A DNA stretch of 64,000 nt from positions 10,443-74,442 of the forward strand of contig JAFYPQ010000012.1 in the NCBI GenBank assembly GCA_017559955.1, given 5' to 3'. The notes beneath the pieces were generated by a model, which was not told the origin of the DNA, did not search any database, and was given only the letters and a program-made list of their open reading frames with translations. The stretch is from Bacteroidales bacterium (lineage in GTDB: Bacteria > Bacteroidota > Bacteroidia > Bacteroidales > G3-4614). Within the stretch, counting starts at the first letter, position 1. Every line of letters begins with the position of its first letter. A program made the translations under genes and the position numbers. Shown here piece after piece: positions 6,465-15,534 of the stretch.

Positions 6465-7796
6465 CTACTCAATATATAATTTTTCAACATTTAAAGAACT
6501 CTTGTCTTCGGTAAAATCGCCCAAAAGTACTCTCACTCCGCTTTTATTTACCAGGCTCCTATCATATGGCATTTCAACTCTTATGTAGTTATCGGTAAAA
6601 CCATGCATCATTGTCCCGGGAGCAGGTTGTTCAAATAGCACAGGACGGGTTGCTCCTCGTTGCGATTTATAAAATGCCAAACGCTTCTCTTCTGACAAGG
6701 CAAGCATTTGGGTACATCTATCGTGTTTCTCCTGAGGAGTAACAACGTGTTCTATTTTCAGAGCTCTTGTGCCAGGACGCTCAGAGTATGTAAATACGTG
6801 AAGTTGAGAAATATCCAAACTTTCGACTGTCGCAAAACTTTCATTAAAGAGTTCTTCTGTTTCTCCTCGCATTCCAACAATTAAATCGACTCCTATAAAA
6901 GCATCGGGCATAACAGATTTAATTTTATTGATTTTTGAACAGAACAAAGCCTTGTCGTAATGACGACGCATTATTTTAAGCACTTCATCACTTCCAGATT
7001 GCAATGGGATATGAAAGTGAGGAGCCATTCGTCTTGATGTTGCTATAAACTCAATTGCCTCGTCGGTTAGAAGGTCGGGTTCAATCGAAGATATTCTGTA
7101 TCTTTCGATACCCTCAACACAATCCAAAGCCTTTATCAGATCAAGGAATGTTTCTCCTGTTGTTTTCCCAAAATCTCCTATGTTAACTCCGGTTATAACA
7201 ATCTCTTTGCCCCCCTCTTCAGCAACCTGACGTGCCTGCTCCACCATCGACTCGATAGAACCATTTCTACTTCTTCCACGGGCAAAAGGAATGGTACAAT
7301 AAGAACAGTAATAGTCACAGCCATCTTGAACCTTTAAAAAATAGCGAGTACGATCGCCCCTCGAACAAGATGGAGCAAAATTCTTTATCTCTGCCAAAGG
7401 AGTTGTATCTACTAAATGGGTCTGCTCCGACATCAAGAATGCTTCTAACCTATCGGGTAAATCCATTTTTTCGGCAGCTCCCAAAACCATATCAACCCCC
7501 TCTATTGCCCCCACCTCTTCACTTTTAAGTTGAGCATAACACCCCGTTACAACAATACAAGCGTTTGGATGCTGACGAGAAATTCGACGAATTGTCTGCC
7601 TACATTTTTTATCGGCTAATTCGGTAACCGAGCAACTGTTTATAATGCAGATATCAGCCTTTTCGCCCGACTTGGTTTTTATCACTCCTCTTTGCGAGAG
7701 CATCTTGCCAATTGTCGAAGTTTCAGCAAAATTAAGCTTACATCCTAATGTATAATATACAACTTTCTTATTATTAAGTATTGAGTGTTCTGTCAT
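6465..7796 (-). CDS. mtaB: tRNA (N6-threonylcarbamoyladenosine(37)-C2)-methylthiotransferase MtaB (MiaB-like radical SAM)
   Basis: N-terminal YTLGCKLNFAE, radical-SAM CDYYCSYC (CxxxCxxC) motif and a TRAM-like C-terminus. The ATG at 7796 is preferred over 7808. Confidence 0.85.
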   Translation of the reverse strand: MTEHSILNNKKVVYYTLGCKLNFAETSTIGKMLSQRGVIKTKSGEKADICIINSCSVTELADKKCRQTIRRISRQHPNACIVVTGCYAQLKSEEVGAIEGVDMVLGAAEKMDLPDRLEAFLMSEQTHLVDTTPLAEIKNFAPSCSRGDRTRYFLKVQDGCDYYCSYCTIPFARGRSRNGSIESMVEQARQVAEEGGKEIVITGVNIGDFGKTTGETFLDLIKALDCVEGIERYRISSIEPDLLTDEAIEFIATSRRMAPHFHIPLQSGSDEVLKIMRRHYDKALFCSKINKIKSVMPDAFIGVDLIVGMRGETEELFNESFATVESLDISQLHVFTYSERPGTRALKIEHVVTPQEKHDRCTQMLALSEEKRLAFYKSQRGATRPVLFEQPAPGTMMHGFTDNYIRVEMPYDRSLVNKSGVRVLLGDFTEDKSSLNVEKLYIE

Positions 7797-7847
7797 AAAA
7801 TTATGCACTCCTCTATTGAGTGTATTTAAGCATCTATAAATTTACAA

Positions 7848-8366
7848 TCAATCAAAAAGAATATTCCAGTAGGCACAAACAACATCTATTAGTGCGAATA
7901 TAACTATTACCAATACAACTATTCCGTATATTAGTTTTATTCCCGATGTCAAAAGAAATGCATAAAAAGACATCAGTGCTACCTTAAAGGCTTTCCCTTT
8001 TGACGATTTTGCAATAAGTTCTCCTAAGAAAGCTCCTACAAACGGACCTACTATAATACCCCAAGGCGATATAAACGGATCGAACAAACCTGCCACAAGA
8101 CCAATCATAGCTCCACGAGAAGCACTTTTCGAACCGCCTTCAGCCTTAGTCATCCACGAGGGAGCTATAAAATCAAAAACAGTTACAACAACCATTAATA
8201 CTCCCATAACAATCAATGCCCATGTGGGGAATGATGTATAATCACAAATATATACCAATACCAAAGAGACATAGCCTATAGGCGGTCCCGGCAATACAGG
8301 AACAACAGAACCTATTATTCCTATAAATGCACATATAAGAGCTAATATTACATATAAAATGTCCAT
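7848..8366 (-). CDS. DUF456 domain-containing membrane protein
   Basis: Multi-TM protein with the GSVVPVLPGPPIGY N-terminal motif characteristic of DUF456. Confidence 0.7.
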   Translation of the reverse strand: MDILYVILALICAFIGIIGSVVPVLPGPPIGYVSLVLVYICDYTSFPTWALIVMGVLMVVVTVFDFIAPSWMTKAEGGSKSASRGAMIGLVAGLFDPFISPWGIIVGPFVGAFLGELIAKSSKGKAFKVALMSFYAFLLTSGIKLIYGIVVLVIVIFALIDVVCAYWNILFD

Positions 8367-8592
8367 ATATGTCTATAAGAAATTGTTTTTGTGAAGTTGT
8401 TTAGGCTTTGAAATATTTTTATGCGAAGATAGTACAAAGAATTGATTAATTTAATTTTCGTATGTAAACAAATTATAAAATTTACATATAAATCAAGAAA
8501 AATAATTCTTGATCGCCTTTAAATTTTAAGATTTATGTTCTAAAACATTTTAGTAAAATATAAACTATTTTTAGTTTATTAATAAAATATTG

Positions 8593-8600
8593 TATATTTG
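8593..8600 (+). promoter_or_regulatory. -7 promoter box (TATATTTG) for the AMP-binding protein gene
   Basis: Exact TAnnTTTG match 57 nt upstream of the ATG at 8657. Confidence 0.45.
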
Positions 8601-8656
8601 TTCGAATTTTGGGATATCACAAACAAGATTTTGGTAATTAACTAAATGATATATAT

Positions 8657-10333
8657 ATGATTGAGAAAAATTTTATCAAACTTTATGAAGAGAGTTTTCG
8701 TGAGCATTGGGATATGCCTGCGTTATCAGACTACAATACTTCAAAAAATCTGACTTATAGAGAAGTAGCTGAACAAATTGAACGTCTTCACATATTGTTC
8801 CGTCAATGTAAAATAAGAAGGGGCGATAAAATTGCAATTGTAGGTCGCAATAATGTAAACTGGGTTATTACCTATATGGGAGCAATGATGTATGGAGCCA
8901 TTGCCGTACCCATACTTCAAGACTTCAATGGCAACGATATATCATATATAGTAAATCACTCAGAATCGTCTTTATTGTTTTTGAGCGATCATATTTGGGA
9001 AAATGTTGAAGTTGGACATCTCCCCAATTTAAGAGCTGTTATATCTCTTAACAATTTCAGCTGTATCGACCAACGTGACGGAGAAACTATTAGCACAATA
9101 CTTGCTAATATGGATACTCTATTTAAAAAAGAGCATCCAAAAGGCTTCCGAAAGGAGGATTTATGTTACGCCGAACTCGAAAACGATAAAATAGTAGAAA
9201 TAAACTATACATCAGGAACAACAGGTTATAGTAAAGGTGTTATGCTTACCGGAAACAACCTTGCAGGCAACGTATGCTACGGAATAAAAACCCGACTACA
9301 CTACAAAGGAAGTAAAGCTTTATCATTCTTACCATTAGCTCACGCATACGGTTGTGCATTTGACCTGCTTACACCTCTTGCAACAGGTTCGCATATCACA
9401 CTATTAGGAAAACTTCCCTCTCCAAAAGTATTGCTTAAAGCATTTGCAGAGGTTAAACCTAATCTGATTATAACAGTACCCCTTATATTTGAAAAAATAT
9501 ATCGTAAACAAGTTCTTCCAAAATTAAACAGCACACCTTTAAAATGGGCAGTAAATCTACCTGTATTAAATACTCAAATATATGCTAAAATCAGAAAGAG
9601 CTTAATTGATGCATTAGGAGGAAGATTTGAGCAAGTTATCATTGGTGGAGCACCTCTTAACCCCGAAGTTGAAAAATTCTTCCACAAGATAAAATTCCCA
9701 TTCACAGTAGGATATGGAATGACTGAGTGCGGACCTCTTATCAGCTACAAACACCATAGCGAATTCATCCCTTCTTCGGCTGGAGCAATTCTTGACGGCA
9801 TAATGGATGTTAAAATTCTATCGGAAGATCCCTATCTAATACCCGGAGAGATTTGTGTTAAGGGAGAAAACGTTATGAAAGGATATTATAAGAATGAAGC
9901 AGCTACCGCAGAGGTTATTGATGAAGAGGGATGGTTGCACACCGGAGATATGGGAATTATAGACAAAGATAAAAACATATTTATCAAAGGTCGATATAAG
10001 AATATGATTCTTGGTGCAAGCGGACAAAACATATATCCCGAAGAGATTGAAGCAAAATTAAACATCAAAGAGTTTGTATCTGAGAGTTTGGTTGTAGAAA
10101 AAGACGGCAAGTTGGTAGCGTTGGTATATCCCGACTACGAAGCAATTGAAACTTGTGGTATTACACTTCAAGATCTTGATCCTATTATGGAAGAAATTCG
10201 TAAAACATTGAATACCGAAGTAGCACCTTACGAAACTATATCAAAAATTTATATCTACCCGACAGAGTTTGAAAAAACTCCAAAACGTAGTATAAAACGA
10301 TACTTATATACCAATTTTACACCAATAAAATAG
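8657..10333 (+). CDS. AMP-binding protein / long-chain fatty acid--CoA ligase
   Basis: YTSGTTGYSKGV AMP-binding signature, GYGMTE motif and a C-terminal adenylate-forming domain. Confidence 0.85.
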   Translation: MIEKNFIKLYEESFREHWDMPALSDYNTSKNLTYREVAEQIERLHILFRQCKIRRGDKIAIVGRNNVNWVITYMGAMMYGAIAVPILQDFNGNDISYIVNHSESSLLFLSDHIWENVEVGHLPNLRAVISLNNFSCIDQRDGETISTILANMDTLFKKEHPKGFRKEDLCYAELENDKIVEINYTSGTTGYSKGVMLTGNNLAGNVCYGIKTRLHYKGSKALSFLPLAHAYGCAFDLLTPLATGSHITLLGKLPSPKVLLKAFAEVKPNLIITVPLIFEKIYRKQVLPKLNSTPLKWAVNLPVLNTQIYAKIRKSLIDALGGRFEQVIIGGAPLNPEVEKFFHKIKFPFTVGYGMTECGPLISYKHHSEFIPSSAGAILDGIMDVKILSEDPYLIPGEICVKGENVMKGYYKNEAATAEVIDEEGWLHTGDMGIIDKDKNIFIKGRYKNMILGASGQNIYPEEIEAKLNIKEFVSESLVVEKDGKLVALVYPDYEAIETCGITLQDLDPIMEEIRKTLNTEVAPYETISKIYIYPTEFEKTPKRSIKRYLYTNFTPIK

Positions 10334-10395
10334 GGATAAATTCCTTATTTTTGCAAAAAAAACATAAAAACACTATTTATTTCAAAAAATAGTAT

Positions 10396-10403
10396 TAACT
10401 TTG
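10396..10403 (+). promoter_or_regulatory. -7 promoter box (TAACTTTG) for the small lipoprotein gene
   Basis: Exact TAnnTTTG match 65 nt upstream of the ATG at 10468. Confidence 0.45.
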
Positions 10404-10467
10404 CAATGCTTTTGAAACATAAAGCAATAAATAAATTTATTATTTTAAATATTTAAAATTACGAGAA

Positions 10468-10671
10468 ATGAAAAAATTAGTTTTATTTGCAGCTGTTGCT
10501 TTCGCTGCTTCTTTCGCAGCTTGTAGCTCACAACCTGCAGCTGAGGAGGCTACTGAGGCTCCTGTAAGCACTGAGGCTACAATCGATGCTAACTATGCAT
10601 TCGAAGGCGATACTCTTCTTCTTCCTAACGCAGAAGAGACTGCTATCGACACAGTAGTTATTGCTGATTAA
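10468..10671 (+). CDS. Small acidic lipoprotein (67 aa)
   Basis: Signal peptide with lipobox SFAAC, a mature part rich in A/E/T, its own promoter box and a strong terminator. Confidence 0.65.
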   Translation: MKKLVLFAAVAFAASFAACSSQPAAEEATEAPVSTEATIDANYAFEGDTLLLPNAEETAIDTVVIAD

Positions 10672-10694
10672 TTTTAGCAAGCGAAGAAAAAAGA

Positions 10695-10721
10695 AAGCGA
10701 TACCAAGTATCGCTTTTTTTT
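10695..10721 (+). terminator. Intrinsic terminator of the small lipoprotein gene
   Basis: aagcgata-ccaag-tatcgctt 8-bp stem followed by T8. Confidence 0.8.
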
Positions 10722-10902
10722 ATGCCTTATTCTTAGCAGGAAGACTAAAAAATATTATTTTGAATGAACAATATATCCTATAAGGTTGTTATAATAGAAT
10801 TACAACAGACTATAAAATGGGATATATAAGATTTTGAAAACACCCGTAGAAGTATGTAGGAACGGGATTTTGTGCATTTTGGTGCATTTTTTTGAGGCAT
10901 AT

Positions 10903-10945
10903 AAAAAGCCTACAAGATTGAAAATCAATATCTTGTAGGCTTTTT
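10903..10945 (-). terminator. Bidirectional intrinsic terminator downstream of tRNA-Ser
   Basis: Perfect 11-bp stem gcctacaagat/atcttgtaggc flanked by A5 and T5. Confidence 0.75.
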
Positions 10946-10948
10946 CTG

Positions 10949-11035
10949 CGGAAAGAGGGGGATTCGAACCCCCGGTACCCTTACGAGTACGACAGTTTAG
11001 CAAACTGTTGGTTTCAGCCACTCACCCATCCTTCC
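10949..11035 (-). tRNA. tRNA-Ser (anticodon GCT), class II with long variable arm
   Basis: The reverse complement folds as a cloverleaf. Acceptor GGAAGGA/TCTTTCC, anticodon arm ACAGT-TTGCTAA-ACTGT, T-arm GGGGG-TTCGAAT-CCCCC. CCA is not encoded. Confidence 0.95.
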
Positions 11036-11064
11036 TTGGTTTATGCTTTAACCTTTTGCGACTG

Positions 11065-11072
11065 CAAAGATA
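11065..11072 (-). promoter_or_regulatory. -7 promoter box (TATCTTTG on minus strand) for tRNA-Ser
   Basis: Exact TAnnTTTG match 30 nt upstream of the tRNA 5' end. The same TATCTTTGCA sequence occurs upstream of tRNA-Leu and tRNA-Gln. Confidence 0.6.
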
Positions 11073-11169
11073 ATAGCAATTTCTGAATTTCCAAACTATA
11101 TTCATAAAATATTAATGACAACTGCAAATATTTTAACCAATTTATAATTTTATATTTGATTTGACGCTG

Positions 11170-11856
11170 TTAAATATACCCCATCACACGTAGAATAATA
11201 GGGGCAAATATCGATGTTAGAATTCCATTGATTATTAGCCCTAATGTTGCATATACTCCGTGAACAGGATTCACTTCCATTGATGCCGCAGTGCCTACTG
11301 CGTGAGATGCAGTACCCATTGCCATCCCTTTTGAGGCATCGTCGCTGAGTTTTATTATAGACATGGTTCGGTAGCCTATCATTGCCCCTAAAATGCCTAC
11401 ACACACCACTACAGCAGCGGTAAGAGATTCGATACCTCCAAGAGCGGACGATATCTCTATAGCTATTGGGGTAGTTACCGATTTTGGAGCAAGAGATATT
11501 ATTACATCGTTAGTGGCCCCCATAAAGTCGGCAATAGCTATAACCGAAATTATTCCCGCAACACACCCTGCTAATTGAGAAAAAAATATTGGGATAAAGT
11601 GTCGCTTTATCGAATCGAGGTGCTTATATAGCGGCACTCCCAATGCTACAATAGCAGGTTTCAGCCAAAACTCGATATATTTCCCGCCTTCGTTATATGT
11701 TTCAAAACTGATATTGGCAAACTTTAAATAGCATATGATTACAGCAATGGTAATGAGTATGGGATTTAATAATATTATTCCCGTTTTTTTTCGAACGATC
11801 GATGCGATATAATATACGGCAAAAGTTAAAGCTAAGAGTACAAATATATTATCCAT
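11170..11856 (-). CDS. lrgB: LrgB family protein (CidB/LrgB)
   Basis: Polytopic membrane protein of 228 aa. It overlaps the upstream LrgA-like gene by 8 nt, the typical lrgAB pair arrangement. Confidence 0.8.
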   Translation of the reverse strand: MDNIFVLLALTFAVYYIASIVRKKTGIILLNPILITIAVIICYLKFANISFETYNEGGKYIEFWLKPAIVALGVPLYKHLDSIKRHFIPIFFSQLAGCVAGIISVIAIADFMGATNDVIISLAPKSVTTPIAIEISSALGGIESLTAAVVVCVGILGAMIGYRTMSIIKLSDDASKGMAMGTASHAVGTAASMEVNPVHGVYATLGLIINGILTSIFAPIILRVMGYI

Positions 11857-12193
11857 TTCGTTTGCGATTTGTTAATTGAAACACCCATCCTGTTACAGCT
11901 ATAACTATAATTGTACTAACTAATGCCGATATGAATATTGGCCAAAATTGAGCTTCTATAATATCGAAATATAGCATAAGAGCAATACCCGGAGGGATAA
12001 AAAAGAATCCCATATTCGATATAAGGACGTTTGCCATCCCTTTTATCTTGTCATATTTAACAATGCCGACTTTAAGCAGGGTACAGAGCAAAATCATTCC
12101 TATTATGCTCGACGGGAACTTAATACCGGTAAGCATAACTATAAGTTCACCAACGGCAAGGCAGGCAAAAATTATAAGACATTGAATAATCAT
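11849..12193 (-). CDS. lrgA: CidA/LrgA family holin-like protein
   Basis: 114 aa protein with four TM helices, directly upstream of and overlapping lrgB. Confidence 0.8.
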   Translation of the reverse strand: MIIQCLIIFACLAVGELIVMLTGIKFPSSIIGMILLCTLLKVGIVKYDKIKGMANVLISNMGFFFIPPGIALMLYFDIIEAQFWPIFISALVSTIIVIAVTGWVFQLTNRKRNG

Positions 12194-12278
12194 TTTTTTA
12201 ATTAGAAAAGAGGAATGAGGAATGACTTAATTTCTAATTGTGGTGTAGCCACGAAAATTCCCAATTCCTAATTTGTAT

Positions 12279-12434
12279 CTATCTTTTACGTTTTTTCTTT
12301 TTCATAGGACAATTCTTATCGCAACCATAGCACGCCGAAAAATCTTTTCTTGAAATCATACAATAAATTCGTCGTGCCAAATATAGCAATACAAGTATGC
12401 CTATTGCCGTAACTATTATTTCTTGAAATCCCAT
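12279..12434 (-). CDS. FeoB-associated Cys-rich membrane protein (51 aa, absent from the ORF track)
   Basis: Manual translation gives MGFQEIIVTAIGILVLLYLARRIYCMISRKDFSACYGCDKNCPMKKKKRKR. It has one TM helix followed by a Cys-rich tail and lies 8 nt downstream of feoB. Confidence 0.75.
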   Translation of the reverse strand: MGFQEIIVTAIGILVLLYLARRIYCMISRKDFSACYGCDKNCPMKKKKRKR

Positions 12435-12441
12435 ACTCTCT

Positions 12442-14784
12442 CTAAATAATCAATAAAGCTATGCGGTAAGTTACAAATGCAAATATCCATGCTATAGCCG
12501 TATTATAGAGCATCGATAAGGCTGCCCATTTCCAATTACTCTCGTTTTTAATGGCAATCAGGGTGGCAATACATGGGAAGTATAGCAATATGAAAACCAT
12601 AAACGAAAGAGCCGATGCTATATTAAAAGCTCCGCTCGATTTAAGTTTTTTGGATAGTGCTCCTTCGCTTAGCTCTTCGCCCTCTTCTTCGGCATATAAA
12701 ACCCCTAATGTACTAACCACAATCTCCTTGGCAGGAACTCCCGATAGTACGGCTACCGATGCTTTCCAGTCCATACCCAAAGGTTCCATTACCGGTTCGC
12801 AAACCTTACCCAGTTGCTCCATATACGAAGTTTCACACTTGCCATTATTATCTGTTCCGTGAGGGAAATAACTCAAAAACCAAACAATTATAGATGCAAT
12901 AAGAATAAGCCCTCCCATTTTTCGAAGATATTGCTTGCACTTGTCCCACATATGACTTACGGTGGTTGAGACGGATGGTACTCGATAAGGAGGAAGTTCC
13001 ATTACAAACGGAGTATCGTCCTCCTTAAACATAAAGCGACGAAGCAGTTTTGAGGTAATAACAGCCATCAATATACCTCCTATATAGAATAGGAACAGAA
13101 CCAGCCCCGCATTATTGGGGAAGAATGTTCCAATAAAGAGGATAAATATAGGCAACCTGGCACTACACGATATAAATGGAGAAATCATCATAGTTATAAG
13201 TCTGCTCGAACGGCTTTCGATTGTGCGTGTTGCCATAATTGCAGGAACATTACAACCAAACCCCATAATAAGAGGAATAAATGACTTGCCATGCAATCCT
13301 ATTTTATGCATTATCTTGTCCATTATAAAAGCTGCTCGTGCCAAATAACCCGAGTCCTCCATAAAAGAGATAAAGAGATAAAGAATCATAATGTTAGGCA
13401 AAAATACGATAACACTGCCCACTCCGCCAATGATTCCATCGGTAATAAGAGAATTTAATATACCTGCGGGAATAAATCCGCTTACGTAATTGCTCAACCA
13501 TTCGACTCCTGCCTCAATCCACTCTTGGGGATAGGCACCCAAACTGAATGTGCAATAAAACATCAAAAACATAAGCAGAAAGAAGATTGGGAATCCCCAC
13601 AACTTATGAGTAACAAGGGTGTCGATTATACGGGTAACAATTACTCCATCGTTTTTACCAGGAGTATAACACTCTTTTAATGCTCCCGAAATAAAGCCAT
13701 ATTTCTGATTTGTTAATGCCCCTTCGATATCCTCCTTAAGGTCTCGTTCGATATGTTTAACTTCGTGATTGCGAATTTCAATCCACTCCTTAAAATCGGG
13801 GCAATCTTTTAATTGGTCCTCTACACCTGTATCACGTTCTAACAATTTTAAGGCATAGTATCTCGGAGGAAAATATTTGGGCAATTGTTCGTTTGAGCGT
13901 TTCAAAGCCTCTTTTACTTTCGACAATCCCTCCTCAATAATGCTGCCATTGTTTATGTGAATATGACGCATTTGTGAGTTGGTGTTTTCATATACCTCAA
14001 TGACGGTATCCAAGAGCCACTCTATTCCCTTGCCACTTTTTGTAGAAACAGGAATCATTGGAAGTCCCAATAAAGAGCCCAATTGCTGATAATCAAGAGA
14101 AGCACCGCTTCGCTCAAGCTCATCGAACATATTAAGCGAAACAACAATCTTCTCATCCATATCAATAAGTTCTGTTGTAAGATACAGGTTGCGTTCTAAG
14201 TTCGAAGCAACAACAGTATTTATAATAACATCGGGCGACTCGTTTTGTAAATGCTCTCTAACATAACGCTCCTCAGGCGTATATGCCGAAAGAGCGTATG
14301 TTCCCGGAAGGTCGGTAATAATAAAGTTATAACCTCGATAACGGCACTCTCCCTTTTTTGCATCTACTGTTACACCGCTGTAGTTGCCGACGTGCTCGTG
14401 CCTGCCCGAAATAGCGTTAAAAAGAGAAGTTTTTCCGCTATTGGGATTTCCCACCAACGCAACATTTATTTCACGATTACGTTGGGTAATAACCTCGTCG
14501 ATACTCTCCTTTGAGACTACAGCCGAAGCTTTATCGGCAGGGATAAGTTTTTTTGCCTCCTCCTCGGTGATAACCTCAATCATTGATGCCTCACTGCGAC
14601 GAAGCGAAACTTCATAACCCATAATCTCATATTTGATAGGGTCTTGTAAAGGAGCGTTGAGCAAAACTTTAACTCTTTTGCTTCGCACAAACCCCATCTC
14701 CATAATTCGACGACGAAAACCTCCGTGTCCCTTTACTTTTAAGATTATGGCAGATTCGCCTGTATTTAATTCCGATAAAAACAT
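12442..14784 (-). CDS. feoB: Ferrous iron transport protein B with N-terminal FeoA domain (FeoA-FeoB fusion)
   Basis: About 75 aa FeoA-like SH3 domain, then a G-domain with GNPNSGKTSLFN (G1) and a polytopic permease domain. Confidence 0.95.
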   Translation of the reverse strand: MFLSELNTGESAIILKVKGHGGFRRRIMEMGFVRSKRVKVLLNAPLQDPIKYEIMGYEVSLRRSEASMIEVITEEEAKKLIPADKASAVVSKESIDEVITQRNREINVALVGNPNSGKTSLFNAISGRHEHVGNYSGVTVDAKKGECRYRGYNFIITDLPGTYALSAYTPEERYVREHLQNESPDVIINTVVASNLERNLYLTTELIDMDEKIVVSLNMFDELERSGASLDYQQLGSLLGLPMIPVSTKSGKGIEWLLDTVIEVYENTNSQMRHIHINNGSIIEEGLSKVKEALKRSNEQLPKYFPPRYYALKLLERDTGVEDQLKDCPDFKEWIEIRNHEVKHIERDLKEDIEGALTNQKYGFISGALKECYTPGKNDGVIVTRIIDTLVTHKLWGFPIFFLLMFLMFYCTFSLGAYPQEWIEAGVEWLSNYVSGFIPAGILNSLITDGIIGGVGSVIVFLPNIMILYLFISFMEDSGYLARAAFIMDKIMHKIGLHGKSFIPLIMGFGCNVPAIMATRTIESRSSRLITMMISPFISCSARLPIFILFIGTFFPNNAGLVLFLFYIGGILMAVITSKLLRRFMFKEDDTPFVMELPPYRVPSVSTTVSHMWDKCKQYLRKMGGLILIASIIVWFLSYFPHGTDNNGKCETSYMEQLGKVCEPVMEPLGMDWKASVAVLSGVPAKEIVVSTLGVLYAEEEGEELSEGALSKKLKSSGAFNIASALSFMVFILLYFPCIATLIAIKNESNWKWAALSMLYNTAIAWIFAFVTYRIALLII

Positions 14785-14796
14785 AACTCAACTCAA

Positions 14797-15393
14797 TTAA
14801 AAAAGTGTCAGTTGTCTGTCGAGCAACTGAAACGACTTGCGATGGTGGGGAGTTATACCAAAATCTCTAATGGCATCACGATGTGCCTTTGTTGGATAAC
14901 CCTTATTCACATTCCATCCATATTGCGGAAACTCCTCGGCTATACCATTCATATAGTCATCACGGTATGTCTTGGCAAGGATAGATGCCGCTGCTATAGA
15001 TAAAAAACGTCCGTCTCCCTTAACCTCGCAAGAGTATGGTACCTTTCCGTAGGGTTTAAACCTATTGCCATCAACCAATATAAACTCAGGTTGTGTTTTT
15101 AATTGCTCCAAAGCTCTATGCATAGCAAGAATAGAGGCATTAAGGATATTGATTTTATCTATCTCCTCGGCAGTTACAACCCCTACTGCCCAAGCGACAG
15201 CACACTCTTCGATAACGGGTCGCAATTTGTATCGCATCCTCTCTGTCAATTTTTTAGAATCACTAATAAGTTCATCTTCAAAATCGGGAGGAAGAATAAC
15301 TGCCGCTGCAAAAACCGGTCCTGCAAGACATCCACGTCCTGCCTCATCGCAACCGGCCTCGATTATACCCCTATTTTTACACTGCAAAAGCAT
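14797..15393 (-). CDS. rnhB: Ribonuclease HII
   Basis: [14 protein letters not shown] active-site motif; 198 aa. Confidence 0.95.
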   Translation of the reverse strand: MLLQCKNRGIIEAGCDEAGRGCLAGPVFAAAVILPPDFEDELISDSKKLTERMRYKLRPVIEECAVAWAVGVVTAEEIDKINILNASILAMHRALEQLKTQPEFILVDGNRFKPYGKVPYSCEVKGDGRFLSIAAASILAKTYRDDYMNGIAEEFPQYGWNVNKGYPTKAHRDAIRDFGITPHHRKSFQLLDRQLTLF

Positions 15394-15534
15394 AATTACA
15401 AAGTTAAAAAAAAGTGAGCAAAAAATATTTAAGGGGAAATAAAATTGTTATAAAAATATTTGGATATGCAGCAAAGAATTCTTTTTATGGTTTATCAAAA
15501 AAGTATTTAGCATAAGCTGGTTATTATTAACAAA

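Noticed and set aside
10800-11021. ORFs at 10800-11021 (minus) and 25324-25518 (plus).
   Set aside because: They overlap tRNA-Ser and tRNA-Leu respectively. The reading frames are artefacts of the tRNA sequences and flanking terminators.
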